IMG/VR virus record: IMGVR_UViG_3300028072_000001
Coordinates: 4,203-68,202 of that record
Source: a virus
Lineage: Duplodnaviria; Caudoviricetes
DNA: 64,000 bases
Strand: one strand, 5' to 3'
This document shows, in pieces, positions 62,701 through 64,000 of this stretch. Position numbers and translations under genes: made by a program. Under the pieces are notes generated by a model that was given only the letters and a program-made list of their open reading frames with translations, did not search any database and was not told where the DNA came from. How positions within the stretch are numbered: position 1 is the stretch's first letter; each line of letters begins with the position of its first letter.

Positions 62701-64000
62701 CTTTTGGCCGTCGGCTGCGTGATGCTCACAATGTCAATCGTTGTCGTGGACGTGGAAGCCGTTGGCGGAGCCCCAGGACCGACTTGCGATAGCCTGTCGA
62801 AGTTTTCTCCGTCATAGGTGTAAGGAATGTCCGTACCGTTCAGGAGATTCGACAAGGCAATAAATTCGCGGTCATCGATAGTAGCCGATTCCGCAAAGGT
62901 GTCTGGTTCGATTGCCGAGTAGACCGGAGTGAGCACATTCGGATTGTTGTTCACATCCTCCTGGTACATCACGCCATCGCTGCCAAGAAATAGCGAGAAC
63001 AGGTCTCCGTCAACCTGCGCGAAAGTTTTCAGGTAATTAATATCCGGCGGCGGATTAGGAGTTGTGAAAACTTTCAGTTGTACCGAAGCAGTGAAGGTTA
63101 CCGTCTCTCCGCCGGTTGTGGACGCAACGATATTCACCTGAAAATTGGGGTCACTGATAAGCGAAGCCGAAAGAGTCAATCCCCACAGTTCCGTTGGACT
63201 TCCGACAACGACCGTTCCAGGGCTTGAAGGAAGCTGAATCGTGAACGTCGTTGGCGAAAGCGTTCCATCCGGCAGTTGCAGTTGCACAGTAAGAACAGCA
63301 TCGGGAGAAAGATCGGTTTGACTTCCGGTAATCAAAACTTCCAAACCAAAGACAGGCAATTCTCCGCTGGTGCTACAGCCGCACCCGCAATTTTCTGTGT
63401 GGCCTGTATTGGCGGGAATTGGGGGCGAGAAATTCAAAGACTGCAAAGTTTGTGAAACTGGACCAGTGCCACCGCCGCCACCGCAGCCCCCTTGCGTCGC
63501 GTACACAGCATTGATTATTCCCGCTGTGACGCTGCCCCCAGGATTCCATTGCGGCGTGTACGTTCCCACAGGTCCGGCGTACACGTTCAAGATGGAATCG
63601 TGATACGCGGACGCGCTCACGTAACCAGTGCCCAAGGTAAAGAACGGACTTAGCGTTTGAATGTTGCTTAAGCTAGCGGAAGTAAAAAAGCTAATGATGA
63701 AATTTCTGTTTGCTGCTCCGGTTACCGATGGACCAGTAGGAGTGGAACTTGTTTCTACATCTCCTGCAACCTGGTGAAACGCGCCAAGATTGGAAGACAC
63801 GAACGTGCCGAAGGTTGCGTGATTATGCGCCGTTCCAGAGTAGGAGATTAGTAAGGTCACGTTCCCGAAAAAATCAACTGGAGCAATGGCCGTGAAAAGT
63901 TGAAAGTTTACAGTACTTGCAGGGCCAGGAATGCCACCCGCTTGAAAGGTTTGCGTCGAGCCTAATTGGGACCAGATTGCACCGTAGGTCTGATCTACGA
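59790..64000 (-). CDS. Tail nozzle/tubular-B (P22 gp10-like) protein with inserted accessory domains; 5'-truncated by the window edge
   Basis: At least 1356 aa. The frame is open upstream of the track's GTG (63860) to the window end (checked by hand). C-terminal beta-propeller-type sequence and podovirus synteny. Confidence 0.7.
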   Translation of the reverse strand, partial: VDQTYGAIWSQLGSTQTFQAGGIPGPASTVNFQLFTAIAPVDFFGNVTLLISYSGTAHNHATFGTFVSSNLGAFHQVAGDVETSSTPTGPSVTGAANRNFIISFFTSASLSNIQTLSPFFTLGTGYVSASAYHDSILNVYAGPVGTYTPQWNPGGSVTAGIINAVYATQGGCGGGGGTGPVSQTLQSLNFSPPIPANTGHTENCGCGCSTSGELPVFGLEVLITGSQTDLSPDAVLTVQLQLPDGTLSPTTFTIQLPSSPGTVVVGSPTELWGLTLSASLISDPNFQVNIVASTTGGETVTFTASVQLKVFTTPNPPPDINYLKTFAQVDGDLFSLFLGSDGVMYQEDVNNNPNVLTPVYSAIEPDTFAESATIDDREFIALSNLLNGTDIPYTYDGENFDRLSQVGPGAPPTASTSTTTIDIVSITQPTAKSDPEQPGQLSGILWSNGPGSTAPGNVLTVYYARVSAQPVADPDLQPGVGVELAGIDVPGPNNDFNGQTVDGDYIVVSIGQGVPPGAEFERWYFTVTMPSTQSVNQANHEEGHGPFGTYQVTTATLTTSAQVPNLEVGNSLGISGTGGAPPAGYDGTWVVQKTPNAAQLQITSTSLTGNVATFGFNLITGTNPVVGQAVTVSGTLNGNGIFNVVNGVISSTSAGVFSINLTSPDVPSSSENGAGIIFGTIFVFDPLKVVGNKTGGALVTIGIISAGVRKVCYSFLTRNGYMTAPSPILTFDVPSGASTLTIGNLASGPADVVARVVHLTAANGGNFYNIPIDVIVISNGLPVTNTSTYLKDNTSRSINLSFSDGVLLAATSIDTQGNNLFATLELGSSLGIIEYASRAFAIGEQNKVPNFLNWSFDGGYLEIPPAAPGKPLGWTVDPTFGGGGSLVNSPIFGFAYQISNTSGSTQATYGMITQPAFQDEFLVPIINASTKYSVRITAAVAAPTTGNLVVDLYSPSSGTALGTFSVPLASLGTTMQIFTGTLLTNVLAPVPNDLKLRVYATAVLNGAAITIDRLEPFPTEKPVLTTQITGSYVNNFEAFDESGEGGIVDTAGENQQPVRSAFVMFDTLYIVKSGSLLSTQDNSLTEPSGWSIRNVSASVGTPSLYGVTTGIDEPNTGEAWAIIAGQSGGYVFNGGEPVKMTEEIQRLWDLINWKYGHTLWVKNDVKNRRVLFGVPLKTPNQWLPTGIIPDDQNPTTPNVILMCNYRQLNTGSQLEDKVGVHVSYSGRLIASEQTRKWSIWTIKAPAAAFLRRPDNTDELFLGNSDGNGKIFELVDDLGQDDCSAIQQIYITYGFVSDDQGQAMKIGSLRQVYTYAITLVDGTGNLNLKVYPNTLTSQFAHDLLPRIPLPLMTDGDIEVPLNETANRLFFEYKTDEIGSGFNLSRLVVMCQQDPWSPVRGRNY

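Noticed and set aside
59790-63860. Track start at GTG 63860 for the nozzle protein
   Set aside because: The frame stays open to the window end, so the real start lies outside the window.

Overview
This is a 64-kb section of a tailed dsDNA bacteriophage genome with a podovirus-like layout: terminase, portal, scaffold and major capsid, then a P22 gp10-like tail nozzle, a GNAT-fold protein and three ejection-type proteins, with no tape measure protein. Late genes lie on the minus strand in two blocks. One runs from terS at 13.7 kb off the left edge; the other runs from the right edge down to 30.4 kb. A plus-strand early/middle region (14.3-30.4 kb) sits between them, so the window probably covers most of a circularly permuted genome (inference). 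The protein content (PEP-CTERM protein, choice-of-anchor D/ASH Ig repeats, CHB_HEX_C-type domain) suggests a Gram-negative host, possibly Acidobacteriota (inference, not searched). The most striking items are: (1) a tightly coupled 10-gene glycosyltransferase/methyltransferase/NDP-sugar cluster inside the virion-morphogenesis operon, next to Ser/Thr-rich tail-region proteins that carry Sec-type signal peptides or anchors; (2) a phage-encoded PEP-CTERM surface protein; (3) a homing-type HNH gene whose first 11 codons are a synonymously recoded copy of the downstream gene's start; (4) a two-hairpin leader with complementary loops that hides the Shine-Dalgarno sequence of the iteron-containing replication initiator; (5) structured RNA candidates upstream of terL and the capsid gene, and inside recT; (6) a Tat-lipoprotein/papain-protease/SleB-hydrolase block. 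No integrase, DNA polymerase, helicase, complete tRNA, CRISPR array or reverse transcriptase was recognised. All family assignments come from motif recognition by eye; no database searches were run.
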